Notes: a model not told the origin generated them from the sequence alone. A DNA stretch of 64,000 nt from Convolutriloba macropyga (GCF_964194025.1 NC_134471.1:61380001-61444000), one strand, 5' to 3'; positions 41,601-54,699 are shown, counted from the first letter of the stretch. Translations and numbers: made by a program.

Positions 41601-41800
41601 TTTTCTATTGACGTAAAGGTTATTTTGTTTTGTTTAGTTATTTGTTTTGTATTTTTTCTATTCCATTATCTTTTATTTGGCGATATGTATGTTTTTGAAA
41701 CTTTTCTATCGGTTCATCACTTGATAGCCAATTAAGTCAAGAATGTGGATGAGTGGGGTCGGAACATTATTTGCGTACGCACATTACCGAACCTCCTTGT
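38698..41800 (+). mobile_element. Full-length non-autonomous Helentron element (HINE/DINE-1-like), ~3.1 kb, in intron 1
   Basis: Perfect 15 bp subterminal inverted repeat tgttccgaccccact (38699-38713) / agtggggtcggaaca (41752-41766); 5' partner IR gtggggggtggaac; 3' stem-loop tgcgtacgca, then cttgt|t; internal ~212 bp tandem duplication at 38887-39300. This matches the established DINE-1/HINE architecture. Confidence 0.88.
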
Positions 41801-43332
41801 TCTAATTTGATTATTTCATTGGAAGGATTGGTTTTAAGAAATATGACAATTTTTAGACGTTAACAAAAATGTTTAGAATTTTGCGATTACTTTTTTTAAC
41901 ATTTGACAAATTTTCTTTAATTGAATATTTCTATAAAATTCTTCAGAAAATGAAAACGTCTTCAAATAATTGTTTCCTGAGGTGTATGAGACGGCAATTT
42001 CAACAAAATATTAGTGCAGAATTTTACTGCTTTGTGTTGAAAAATTTAAACGTTTGTTATATTCCTTGACATAAGGTCTGAAAAAGATTTTTGAAGGAAA
42101 GGGATCTAATTTCAAATGAGGCAAAAGTTTTTCAGTGCACTCTGGTTCCTGATTTCAGTTTCTGCTGCATTGATCTCACTTCTTTTTTTGGTTTTTGTTT
42201 CTTTCTTGGTCTACGTTGTAATATTCTGTGCCACGGACAGACCCGCTCGAGGCCTTTTAATTAATATCCAGTTTTCCCTATTTCTTCTGTCCAATAATTT
42301 ATTATCTATTTTTAAAAATCTCCTTGATTATAATCTCAGAGTTTCCTCTGGAACATATGGTTTCAAGCGTCCCATATAAGAACTGGTTGTCCAATTTGCT
42401 ACAAAGATTTTTGACCGTGATTTATACTTTTCGATATCAGATTTTTCTGTCGCGTCCACTATACAGGTGATATCTTGAGCGGTCACGTTTTCCAGTTTTT
42501 TTCATAGTAAGCTAGTTACGCAAACGCAATACAAAGCGGAAGCAACTGCATTTTTTGCAGAGGTGATTCATTCAACACCTACGTCGGCTAATACCCATCT
42601 CCAGAGCACAGCTTGATGGCTTCAATTTACTTCCTGAAACTTGCTCTGATGACATTAAAGTTAATTGTCATTATAATCAATTGTAGTAGTTGTCATTTGT
42701 ATTCTAGCTATTTCAGTGAGTTTTTGAAACAAGACCTGAAAATCTTGACCCCCAATCTGCTATTGTATCTTGAGTTTATTGATTGTATGGAATCATTTTC
42801 CTTCAATTATTAAACCTTTTTGTTCCTATTTAAATCTATGAAGCGAGAAATATTGGCGATCAATCTATAATGTAGTGAATAACAAAAACTAAGGGTACAC
42901 TTAAATGATTGAGCAATTTTATTTTTTCTCCTGCTTTTTTAACACGTTTTCATAAGAATATAATTGAAAAACAACTTTGGTAAATTTTATTTATTTATGA
43001 AGCCAATTTGTTTGACCTCAGTGGGTTCCAATTCATCGGCGATCAGAATTTCGTGCGCTATCAAAAGTATTATAACGTGATCATAGCGTTTTAATGCTTT
43101 TGATTCAACCCCGCCAGACATTAAACTGTCCAGACCTAATTTTAAAGTTGCTGCATCTATGGGACATTTGACTCTTGGTTGCTCGTTAGAAAAAAACCTC
43201 GCCTGAGTACGTTTGAACGCACCATACCCCCGCCATAAAGGAAGACAATCGAAAACCTCCACCTGGGAACCTTATCGATCTCGGTCTGGGAGTGACGCTG
43301 GGAATAACATAATGTGGCTATCTGTCACTTAC

Positions 43333-43393
43333 CATTCACTAGCAGCAGCAGTAGACCAGCAGGCAACCAAATTTGCTTGATTATCTTTTTCAT
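43333..43393 (-). CDS. Exon 1 (start codon, signal peptide) of FN3-domain secreted/surface protein
   Basis: aaaaATG, MKKIIKQIWLPAGLLLLLVN+g, then a perfect donor g|gtaagt (phase 1); splices to exon 2 to give ...LLLLLVNGVAS/RYTV..., a typical signal peptide and cleavage site. Too short to appear in the ORF track. Confidence 0.85.
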
Positions 43394-43899
43394 TTTTAAA
43401 TTAACTTTTGAAAGCTTTTTAAGCCGCACACACAAATATCGTTCTTAAGCAATGTTGCTGTTTATTGCTTACTTCTGAAGATTCAAACTGGTGCCAATTA
43501 TAACTAATTAAGCTCCAAATGCTGAAAATGATACAAGATTATAACTAATTAAGCTCAAAATGCTGAAAATGAAGATTTACTCGGGGTGAGTTTTTAAAAC
43601 AATGTGCAGCATTACTTTTTGTAATTAACCAAATATTTTTTGGCAATCGATTGCATGTCTTTCGATTTGTGTCTTTTTATTGTAGTATAATAGGCTCCAT
43701 CAATATAAGCACAAAATGAACACCACAAAAATAAGGCTCAACAAATGCAAGTACTCATAATAAAATAACTTAAATACATAAGTTGTCTTTCAAATCCGTA
43801 AACTAGCCTCAACTTCTGTTCTATATTTATCAAAATCTAATTAGATCTAAGTCTCATTTTAACCTGCGCTTACGGGACCACTTTTCTGCTTTTACATTA

Positions 43900-45650
43900 T
43901 TAATGAAACAACTCAAATTTCGGAAGGAAACAAACGAACTTCATAAAAAGCACCTATAAAAACAAAAAAAAATTAAAAGCTGGGTCAGCTAATGAGATCG
44001 TCCGCCGCAATGAATATTAACTTCATGAAAAAATTCACGTTTTAAGGTTTTGATAAATTCTCCCGTGTGAATCCATACAAAAATTTTCCTGTTTGATGGA
44101 TAACCGCAAGATTTTTTGTGTGAAATTGAATCTCGTGTGATTTCTGATTAAAAAAAGTTGATATTTGCTGGTTATTATACAATTTTTCTTTATGTCTGTT
44201 TAAGCTTAAGAATAAAACAACTCATTTAATGGACATATTTGTCTATCTCACTTCTCTAAAGCACCAGTGCGTTTATAAAGGTTTTGCGTTCTCTTTACAT
44301 AAACAAAGCAACGGTTATTTCGACAATACTTTTTTATGTTGGACCCCATTTCTTAAGCTATTATTTCGATATAAAAGGCCAGAATCAATTCCTCAATTTA
44401 GTTCATGAAATTTCTCTTATGAGTACATGCGTTGCGTTCAGTATATAGCTTTTGAACTTTGAAAAACGTTTCTAACAGAATGGCACATACATAACGGTTT
44501 TCAGCCATTTTTTTTGTCTAAGCAGCCCAGTTTTTCGGCTTGTAGTTTGTTTTTTTTTAAATAACTTTCATTAACTTTTATTCGTCGTCACATTGAAAAC
44601 GTAGCCCTCAAAAAATTGATACCACTGTACTTTGCAGAGCCCAATAATGCGTTTCAAGTTCAAAATTAGCACATATTTCTTGATTTTTCAAATAATTTCT
44701 GGTTTTTTCCATTAATCTTTTTGGAGTTTTCCGCCGTGCTTTCATTGATAAATTAGTTCATATGGCAACTTCCCATTGATAATTTTTATACTGAAACCTT
44801 TATACCGCCAGGTAATTTTCTTTTATAAAATTTTTCAACTGCTAATCCGATTTTGCTAGTTATTCCCATTTTTTCTCAGTTTTTCTTTGTAATTTGATTA
44901 ATTTACCAGAAACTAGTCTTTGTTTGGAACATCAGGGATTTTTTGTCGTTTTATTAATCATTCAATTATTTTTTGGCCTGAAGTTTTGAAATACAGTTAA
45001 AATTTATTCATTAATGCAGTTTTAAAAAATGTTTGACCTTTTTTGCAAAAAATTTCAACGTTTCCAACCATTGAATTTCGTTTTTCAATTTTATTATCTG
45101 TTCAGGAGGATGGCTTTTGCCTTATTTTAAGTCTCGAATGCAAAGTTGTGAGATGTATTCGTTATCTTCATTTTTTCTATGGATTTTGTTTTTAAATAAG
45201 TAGTCCTTTTGTTTCTGTGTTTCTTATATTGTGTCTACAATCTGTCCGTTCTTGCATCTATTATTATAGCTTTTTAACCAACACCTACTTTTCTAATTTC
45301 GCTTAGCTTTTATCAGTTTTTAAACTTTTTTAAGTATTTTGTATTTTTTTCTTAGGGTTTTTTTCTCTTCTTTTGTTTGCAATTGATTTCATTTACAGAA
45401 TGCAGCAGAGAGAATTTGCTATATCTTTTCGCAAAATTGTTACTGATGACCGCTTTCTGCAACTTTTTGAGGTTTTTTCATATTATTTTTCCATCTTTTG
45501 TATATTCTTTTTTGTTTTTTTTTCTAAGATAAAATTTTTTTTTAAATAGTTTGAATTCATTTTGTTTATCATATCTCCAACAAGGAAGAAGAATATGTTC
45601 TTTTTGTCTCAATTGCAGTGATTTGAAACAAATGCAGTGGTTTTTTGAGT
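43900..45650 (-). mobile_element. Highly decayed LINE (CR1/L2-like) ORF2 remnant
   Basis: Faint minus-strand motifs in the expected order: LVGDM (~45580), PGGI (~44810), DSISHK (~44125; cf. AFDSIxH), LYGF (~44080; cf. KLxxYGFRG). Confidence 0.3.
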
Positions 45651-45705
45651 CTTTGTTTTAATTGTTTTTTTTAATTGAAAATTTAGTTTAGTTTCTGAGA
45701 CATTA

Positions 45706-48512
45706 TTGTTCCACCAACCCACTTTAGTGGGGGAGGAAATATATATTCAAGTGGTTATTTTTTGTTCAGAGAATTTTGGCCGATCGATATAATCATGGTA
45801 GAGAGTTGTGAGTGGTATCATTAGAAAGCCCTTCCAGCGTAAAATATGGAATTAAAACACGTTTTTTTTCAATTTCGTTTCCTTATAGGGAGTTAGTGAG
45901 GTTTATGATTGTGTGAATATTAGACGTAATTCAGCTGTTTTTATTCACATTTTCGTTAATTTTGACCATATTTTCGTCAATTTTTTTAAAATATGTTAAA
46001 ATTCTCTACTCTAGTGTTTTGGATTTTATCTTTGAGGATACAGAAGGGCTCCTGCATTGTTTGATCTGAGATTTTTGCCCAGAATTTATGCTAAATTTTT
46101 CAAAATTCAGACTTTTTTGTGAAAAATGGGACCAAATTTGCGTTTTTAGCCCACCTACTTTAAATTTGCTGAAAGTAGACACCTAAAAGCAGCAACCATG
46201 TTCTTTTTAAGCTCTCAAAAGAGTTAATTGTACTCCCGTTGTCTTTAGGAGTCTTCTGGAATTAAAAATTTGAGAGTTTTTTGCAAAATTGAACTCGAGA
46301 TTTATACAAAATGCTTCATTTATTTTTTGACAATCTTGAAAAATTTGTTTAAAAATTGATCTATTTCACAACCAATTGAACATTTGAGTGTTTTCTGAGA
46401 AGTGGAGCACGATACGGGTTGACCTTGATCTCACCATCTATCCTTACGACAAAAAAATAAAAAGACTTTAATGGGGCGCGAACTATTTTTCCAAAAATTT
46501 CCGCTGTGTAATCTTTTTTATGTAAATTACTCAGAAAAAATCTCATTGAGACTCAATTAATGACAAAAAAATATCTTAAAAAAAGGTCCAACGAGACTAT
46601 ACCTTGGTTTCAGAGTTAAGCTCAGGGTTATTATGACTCTGACCAATTGTTTTCGTAAAAATTTTGTGGGATTCTTGAGTTTTGCTTTCATTTGTTATAC
46701 TTTTTGTAGCCCAGTGACTTAGTGTCCCCAATCAACTGTCCAGTCTTTTTTAAGAGACATAAATGATTCTAGACCACTCTGTCAGTTGTTATCTAAGATC
46801 TGTTATGACTTTGTATATATTTGTTGAATGAAAAATCTGTGAAATTTTGAACTTTGCCACTATTTTATATTATTTTTCTCAGCTTCGGTCGCAGTATCAG
46901 TAAAAACAGGCGGAAGCTTCTTTCCTGATTGTTATAGCTTTTTTAGTTTTTTGTCGGTAATAGTTTTGTCTTCAACTGATGGTTTCTTTGTTTTGATACT
47001 AAGCGTTCCCGTTTTTTATTTTTGCGTAATTGCATATTTTATGATTTCATTTTGTTTCCTTTGCGAATTGTCACATTATTGACCAGTCCAAAACAATAAT
47101 AGGGAAAATACACATTGTAGGAAAAAATTGTATCTCGATATGCTAATTGTTTTTTGTTTAATAGTTTATGCTTTTTGGGCTTAGACACAGTTATCACGTA
47201 AAATTCTGTAGATTTTTTTGTTTTTGCCTATGTTTGTCTGCTTTTTTGATGTTGTGCGCCATATAACTGATATAGAAAAGTCATAATTGTTTCTCCAGGA
47301 CGTATAATTCAGCCTTGTTAAAGAATTCAGCTTATACCTTTTTGTTTGATTTAATGGCTTTCGAACTAAGTTTTCAAAAATGAACTTTTTTCAACTGTCA
47401 CTTTTTGCTTTCATTTTTGTGACCATGTAACTTAATCGCAGTAATCAAAATCTCAAATACTTTTGTTGTTTAAATTTACAAATCTTGCTGATAACATCTG
47501 ATGAAAACAGTGCCTTGAACACTGTGGTGTCATAAAACTGTTTGCGAAATTTTGGATTCTGCCTGTATTTGTTGTTATTTTTTAGTGTGATGGTTTAGTC
47601 TCGTCAATGACAGTCCCAACTGTCTTCACCATGTGTTGCAACCTAATCTATCGCTTTTTTGTTGAAATCTTAATTTTTTTGGAAAAAAATTGTTTGGGTG
47701 TTTAAGCTTCGTCTTTTTTTAAGTTTTTCGGCCGATATGCAGCTCAGTCGCTTTAAACGCAAGTCGTAAACCGTTTCCAGTGAGCTATAATATTCTTTAT
47801 AACGATTTTTGTTTCAAACTTTTGTTTTTTTGCTTTGTTATTACTTTTACTACGACATATTATAAAATGTTTGAGGTTTTATATATTTATACATTTTAAA
47901 GGATTTTTGTTTTCCTTCTATTTTATAACAATAATCTTAGGTTACATTGGCTTTGAAATATTGCGCAATTGATGATTTGGTAGTGACTTGTCTTCATTCT
48001 TTTTTTCTGAACGGGGATAAAAAGAACTTTTTAGTGATTTCAAATGATATCTAATAAGGTTAATAACTGTGAAATGAATTGTTTTCAAAAATAGAAACGT
48101 ATTTTCAAACTTCGAACTTCTCTGCTCTTTTTTGTCGAACTGTTAATCAGTCGCATTAAAAACAGGTCCCAGATCTTTCTTAATGAAGCATAGGTTAAAT
48201 TGTTTTGTTTATGTTTTATCTGATGCGAGTTTGATTTTGTTATGATCTTTTTTTATTACATACATCAAGTGTTGGTCAAAAATAATGTTTGTTGTTGGAT
48301 TTTTTAATTGTTTTTCCTAGTATTCTTACTACCAACAACTTTCATCGGCCCTCTGGCATTGCATTATTGTATTCTATTGGTTGTTTATAGAACGATATGC
48401 ATGTTTTTGAATGTTTTCTATCTATTCATCGTTTGGTAGTCAAGTAAGTCAACAATGTGGATGACCGGCGTCAGAACATTATGTGCGTACGCAAATTACC
48501 GAGCCTCTTTGT
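45706..48512 (+). mobile_element. Diverged full-length HINE copy, ~2.8 kb
   Basis: 5' ttgttccaccaacccactttagtgggggaggaa; 3' ggcgtcagaacattatgtgcgtacgcaaatta...ctttgt; interior collinear with 38698-41800 (e.g. ttgatctcaccat, ctctgaccaa..ttcgtaaaattt, cacattattgac, cattggctttgaaatattgc). Confidence 0.85.
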
Positions 48513-49649
48513 CTATCTTATGTTTTCAAAATGTGTTTTTGGGTATTACAGTTGATCGCCGAGTTCTATTTTTTACCAGTCTCACCTCTTAGACCAGCGT
48601 CATGAGTTCTTTTTAGCGTTGTCAGTTTTTTCGAGTTTATCACTATTTTGACCATCCTAAAAACTTTTTTTACGCTACCAAATGCATTTAATATAATAAA
48701 AATTTATACATTTTTTTTATCGTGGTGACTTTGGTAAAAGTTTCGCTCTTTTTCATTTTACATTTGTTCACACAGCGAAGCTGAAGAAGTCAAATTTTGT
48801 GAATGACTTTTTTGTCTCACTATCGGCATTTTCGCGCGTGACATCATTGCTCACTCTCTCTAGTAAAATTGTTTAGGTCATTTGCGTGACCAGCTTTCGA
48901 TCATAGGTGACTCACCTCACTCAATAAAATGACTTTGACATTTTAAAACTTAAGTTTAAGGTCAAAGGAACTCATATATGTAATAAAGGGCTCTGTAAAG
49001 AAAAGGCTTCTGCGCAATAAATTTTAACAAGCTTTGTTAATTTATCGCTGCATGCTTTTTACATAGATTTTTTTAGCGGCGTCCAAAACATCTCAATTTA
49101 TATTTTAATCTGTTTCTATTTCTATTATACGGCACGCAAGTCTATTCTTTCGCAGCTATTCCGGCGATCTGCCGGCTATGTAATTCAACATCTACATAAA
49201 TCCCAAAATCAGCGAAAACCAATTAGCCGGCGTACAGTTTCGTAAAGCAGACGATCTAAAATTTTTCAGACAAAAAAAGCAGTTTTGGTTTTCACCTCAA
49301 AAAATAATGGGAAATTCAGAAGCTACTTTGCCCTAACGGGGAAAATTGTTGTCATTTCAGCAAGCAAACGGGGGGGGGGGGGGGGGGGTAAATCCAGAAA
49401 AGCTGATGCTCAAAAAAGAACAGTTTATTTTATCTTTCTTTTCTGCTGTCTTCTCTACTGGTACAAGTTTCTTTAATTTCATAACGCAAGTTGCCACTCT
49501 GATTATATATTGCAGATTTGAGTTCTCTGGATTTCTTTCTCAAATGAATTTATTGAAAAAAATTAGTTAATTAAAAAAAATCTTGAAAAAAACTGGAATG
49601 GTCTACGTGAAATATAAATTGTTTCAAAATTGCAAATCAACTAATTTTG

Positions 49650-50915
49650 ATATCTATAATGAAGTTTGTAAAAAGTTAATGAGTAATGCTCAATTGTCAT
49701 ATCGCATCTCTGATTGGTCTTTGCTGTTGATCTTCTTGTCCTTGACTGATGACCCCTCCCCCACTCCACTTTGTCCTTTCTTCTTCTCCTTTGGTTCTCT
49801 CCCCATTTCCAGCTTTCTGGGACAAACATGAACAAACCAGTCCCATTTTTGAGAATGTTTGCTATCGGTAGGTTTCTACTTGACTCTCAAAATTAAACTC
49901 GTGAAGCGTTTGTTAATGACACAAGCACACTAAATTCGTTAATCGTATAAATGGATTAATTTAAAAGCACAAAAGACGACCCGGAGGGGAAACTGATGAC
50001 TTGGTTTGAAAATTTATTTGATGCAAAAAATTTTTCCTATTTTATAATTTCCCAATATTTATCGGAGTACAATATTAATAACTGTGTGTAATGTATAGGT
50101 CAGAATCTTTGGTAAACTGGTATATATAAAATCACAAAATAAACAGAAAATAAACCAGAAGTATTTTTAACACTCAAATGCAATATGCATCAATATTCGC
50201 AAAGAAAGACGGAAATTATAGTTTGATCGCTTTTAGCAATATGGTCTAGTGCTCCGAATTCTATCTTCATTTAGTTTGGCATAGTTTGAAACTGCTGTTG
50301 TAAATATGCTCCAATGTATGAAAGCGTGTGAAAGTATGTGTTAGTTGTGCAAGCCATTAGTTCAATGTTAAACTTGTCGTACACCATGTGTTATTTTGTC
50401 AGTTGAAAGCCTGTATTCTTCCGATAAAAAGAGTTCAATTTATCAGATATTAAGATCTGAAACGTTATAAGTTGTCGCCATGCAAACTTTTAAGTGAGCT
50501 TACACGCTCTACCCAGTTAATCAGTTTATATACAAAGAAAAAAAAGTGATTGTCTACCGAAAATTTAAAAATCACCTATCATTTTGTCTAATTGTCGAAA
50601 TTTTTATTCATTGAAAAATAAGAGTGCTTCTTTTAGACAACACTACCCCTTTTGGTGATTGAATTGTTTGTGTCAATATGAATAAAAATAAGTGTAATAT
50701 CGCCAGCACTTTTCCCCGCACCCCAATCGAGAGACCTAATAGTGGTCTCTCGGTAGCATTTGCAATTCATAATATGCTGAACAACGAAAAAAAAATGTTT
50801 TTTGAAGTCTTGTGTTACAATAGTGCTTGCAAAATTTTTCGACCGATTTGTGATTTTTTTTCTGTATTTACATCCAACCAAAAACGTTTTATGACTACCC
50901 AGGTTGAGCTGCACG
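49650..50915 (-). mobile_element. Decayed PIF/Harbinger DDE transposase remnant
   Basis: LVGCKYRKKITNRSKNFAS...DFKKHFF...LDWGAGKSAGD resembles the Harbinger IGAIDGKHIxIxxPxNSGSxxxNYKxFFS...VDxGxxGxxSD block; downstream LSEEYRL (cf. LSEEQRIFN) and FVPESWK...AKTNQR (cf. IPGSWR...AKEIRD). Catalytic residues are lost. Confidence 0.5.
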
Positions 50916-51419
50916 ACACAAACCAGTTGTGATCAGACTGACCTTTGTCACGCATCGGGGGTCAGGGGCGATCCAGCGACAGAGTCTGGAAGCAAGTCTA
51001 CGTTCAGGAAAGTTTGATCAGGGGGTCTTATCAGGGCTTGATCCAGACTCCACATGGTCTAAATATTGTTTTAACTATGATCTGGAAAGCTTAATCAAGG
51101 GCCAATCCAGACTCTACACGTTCTGAGCGCGCACTCCCGGGATGACCACCATAAATGTTTCTTAGAAACCATACGTAAGACATGTATGGTTGTATGGCTT
51201 CTTTGATACCATAAATAAGACCATAAAAAATCAACGGTGATCTGAAATGACGTCATTTGGATCATGTAGTACATTGAATATATCGTAGTTGCCATTGGCC
51301 TTCAACGAAAAAATTTTTTTTTATATGGTGTCTATTTTTATCTACGGTCTGAAAAGTGTGATATTTTAGGTTCATTGAAGATCTTACGTGAGAATTTCAT
51401 ATTTAGATACCAATAGTAG

Positions 51420-51702
51420 CCCTATCTACATCTAAGGAAAAATTCAGTATTGATTCAGAGTCTAATTCAGGTCAAAATTTGCACTGAACTTGTCTGATTC
51501 AGAGTTTAATCAGTGATTCTTTCTGAGTTATCTTACGATTCAGAATAAAACTGAACATTTTCTCTGAATTTTCATGATGCAGAGAAATTCAGTAATCGCC
51601 TCAAGGTTGGTTCTGAAATCCTTCTGAATCAGTTCTAAAACTTGAAATTTCTCTGAAATTGTTCCGAATCAGAAATGATTGTCACTGAGCCTTAGGTACG
51701 GG
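51420..51702. mobile_element. MITE-like element with internal gattcag/ctgaatc motif array
   Basis: Imperfect terminal inverted repeats (ccc...tacatctaagg / ccttaggtacggg); mainly attcag motifs in the left half and ctgaat motifs in the right half. Confidence 0.45.
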
Positions 51703-52129
51703 AGAGCAAATATTGAAGCGTTACCGAAGCACAGAGATGACCAACCAGTATTGAGGCAAGGTAGTTTAAAATTGATTCTGCGATGAAAAAACAAACAGAT
51801 ATCTGTGCGAATTAAAGAAGATAAATGAATTCGGGCGCTAGTGAAGATGGCAGACGTATGAAATTATTGAACTTTCTTTACTGGCAAATACAAATTGACA
51901 AAACGCTGATATTATTTTCTAATTGGCTGATTGCTTCCCCGCACCCCAAAATCGTTCTTTTTTATATCATTTTAAGTAAATTAAAATGACGAAAAGTTAC
52001 ATAAAAAATGGATTATATATACCTTTTTTTAACATAAAATCGATTATAATGAATATAATTTAATGAAACATTGCATGCCCAATCAATTATAATTCAGTGA
52101 AATTAATTATTAGTTTCCAGTATTAAGGC

Positions 52130-52290
52130 TCCTTCAAATTTTGCAGCCTCTCTCCTCAACGTCTTGTTTGCGCTTCTTTCTTTCTCTTTTCCCATCTCTG
52201 TTTTTGAAAATTCGTGATTATCATTCCAAAGTCTGAACTGAAACGGAAAAGTCCCAGATCACTTTTTCATTAACCATTTTTCCATGCAAT
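52130..52290 (-). pseudogene. Possible MADF/Myb-like DNA-binding ORF remnant (second ORF of the Harbinger element)
   Basis: MEKWLMKK*...FRLWNDNHEFSKTEMGKEKER resembles MADF LWDxxHxxY; same strand as, and upstream of, the transposase remnant. Confidence 0.3.
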
Positions 52291-52479
52291 TTTTCCAAAA
52301 AGTCAAATGGTTTGATAAATACCGAGAGAGAAATCGCTTCTTTTTCGAATAATTACTGTAAAATAATAAACTATGCATGGAAGTACTACCTACTCCCCAA
52401 AACTGCAAATCTTTCCATTTCCAAGTTGAGGTCTTCCCAAGCTTAGTTGTGCGACCCTACAGCACTCTGGTGAGACTAT

Positions 52480-53400
52480 TTGGTGCAACTCAAATAATAT
52501 TGTCTGGGAAAAGCATGATTAGTACAGTGGTCTGGACTCTAGTCGAACTATTGTCTGATCAGAGAGCAGAGTCAGCGAAATGGTCTAGATAATGGCCGCA
52601 CTACGGTCTGATCGGAAAGCAAAGTCTCACTACAGTCTGATCTCAGCTTGCACTAAAGTATGGACAATGTTTGCGCTACAATCTGATCAGATTCCAAAGC
52701 TTGAACATAAGTTGCCCAAAATCTGACCGCAGAGTAATAACTGACCACCTTCAATTGACTGCAGTTCTCTACCGTTGTTTTTGGTGACCTTAAAAAATAC
52801 AGGCACCTGAGCTGAATTTTTGTTTATAATTTCACCAATAAGTTTTGTGCGAGCCTTAGCAAGATATAACTGCTATTCAAAACTTAAGTACAGTAGAATA
52901 GGTCTGATTTGAATAATTTAAACAAACTCGAACTGATTATAACTATAATTCTAAGTTGCATAATCATAGGACAAAGTTTGGATTGTGTTCTGATCAGAGG
53001 GAGCGTTGCTCGCACTATAGTTTCTGAAGATTTCGGGTTGCAAGAGATTCGCACGAAATATTGGGATTGCTCGATAGTCTGATCAGAGGGATTTAAGATA
53101 GTCTCGTAATAAACGCACAAAATTCCTCTGAAAATATGAAAGTTTGTTGAACGCACAAACGGGATATGAACGCACGAATAGTCTGATGAACTTACAAAAC
53201 TGTGGACATATATGCACAAAAACTCTGACAAACTCACAAAATCTGATAATTACCGCACGAAAGTTTTGGTGGAAGCACTAAAAATTTGATCATTAAAGCA
53301 CGAATAGGTCGATGGAAGCACAAGGTCTGATCACAAGCGCAAGAAATTTTGGTGAAAGGTTACTCACAAAGTCTGACCATTAATCAATTGCGATGAAGAT
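52480..53400. repeat. Degenerate ~25-35 bp periodic array of '(a)gtctgatc' / 'gcac' motifs (DNA-transposon subterminal type); inverse motif gatcagac at 50930-51130
   Basis: gtctgatc and variants recur many times (e.g. 52553, 52606, 52635, 53077, 53324) with variable intervening sequence. Confidence 0.6.
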
Positions 53401-54448
53401 GGTCTATATGAAGATATTTTTTATTTTTTGCTGTTTTAATTTTCAGACCAATGCTGTTTTTTCACAGAAAAGGCTTAACTAATAAGTTTTATCAGAGTCA
53501 AATTGTTAGATGTTTTCTTTCACTTTTAAAAATTGCTTTTGATACAAAAAAATCTTCATTTACATATTCAATTTTTTTTTTAAAATCAGCAACCAATGAA
53601 AAAAAATTAGCCAATTGTTGAAGTTTTTTCACCACATATCTCGTCAATATGCTGGTGCCACAAAATGGCCTGTAGACCAAGTAGAACACATAATACTTTT
53701 TGTGAGCTATGATATGGTTGATTTCATATATGCTAAAACTCTTGATTCGCTCTCTTGCGCGAAAAAATTTTGAGATTACTCGAAAGAATCAATTCTCCAT
53801 TCTGCCTAAATTGTTGTTTTTAAAACTCAATGAAAAGATTTTTACATACATGAAACTATCTATGAAGTTAGAATTGTTTTTCTTTAGGTGTTGTACGACC
53901 ATAATATTATCATGAAAGACGATAATATTATCAAAAGAATACGCAAGTTGACAAATTTAGTTCAGCCAAATCTACTGTGTGGTAGCAAAACTTTAAAAGG
54001 ATGCTAGACATGGTAATGTTAATTCAGGTGCTGTCTCATGCAGATGCAAAAGTTCAAATAACAAAAGAAGAAATTTCAATTTTTACAAAGTTTTCTTAGT
54101 TGGCTATGAGACAAGCAGGGATTCTCATTGTCTGTGGGTCTTGACAAGTGTTGCTGGTCTGTTTCAAATAAATGCAGAAATCCTCATAATTCATATCTCA
54201 TGGCGAGCACTACTCCTTTTTCAACTTTTTAAAGAGTTGGTAGATTATGCGCGTTAGAGAATCCTCAAAAGCCATGGTATCTGCGTTAAACTCGTTCTCA
54301 AATTCTTTTCAAGACCAGAAGCCTAATATGCGAATTTTGATGTCTTTCTTCAGACTGCTCATGAAGTGCTTGCAACTATAAACAATTTGATCGTCAGTGA
54401 ATTTATTCACGTCATTGTTTCAACAAATTACTAACACATGGCTGAATT

Positions 54449-54648
54449 NNNNNNNNNNNNNNNNNNNNNNNNNNNNNNNNNNNNNNNNNNNNNNNNNNNN
54501 NNNNNNNNNNNNNNNNNNNNNNNNNNNNNNNNNNNNNNNNNNNNNNNNNNNNNNNNNNNNNNNNNNNNNNNNNNNNNNNNNNNNNNNNNNNNNNNNNNNN
54601 NNNNNNNNNNNNNNNNNNNNNNNNNNNNNNNNNNNNNNNNNNNNNNNN
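54449..54648. other. Assembly gap (200 N)
   Basis: Exactly 200 N, a fixed-size scaffolding gap of unknown true length. Confidence 1.
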
Positions 54649-54699
54649 AGTGCGAAAAACACTGACGCTGTAAAGAACTTAGTGAAAATTTATAATGGT

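Noticed and set aside
42100-43320. GC-richer minus-strand ORF pieces as extra exons of the FN3 gene
   Set aside because: No FN3 pattern, in-frame stops, and exon 1 already splices cleanly to exon 2; probably unclassified TE debris.
52480-53400. CRISPR-like repeat-spacer array
   Set aside because: The conserved motif is only ~8 bp, degenerate and irregularly spaced; the context is eukaryotic with no cas genes.
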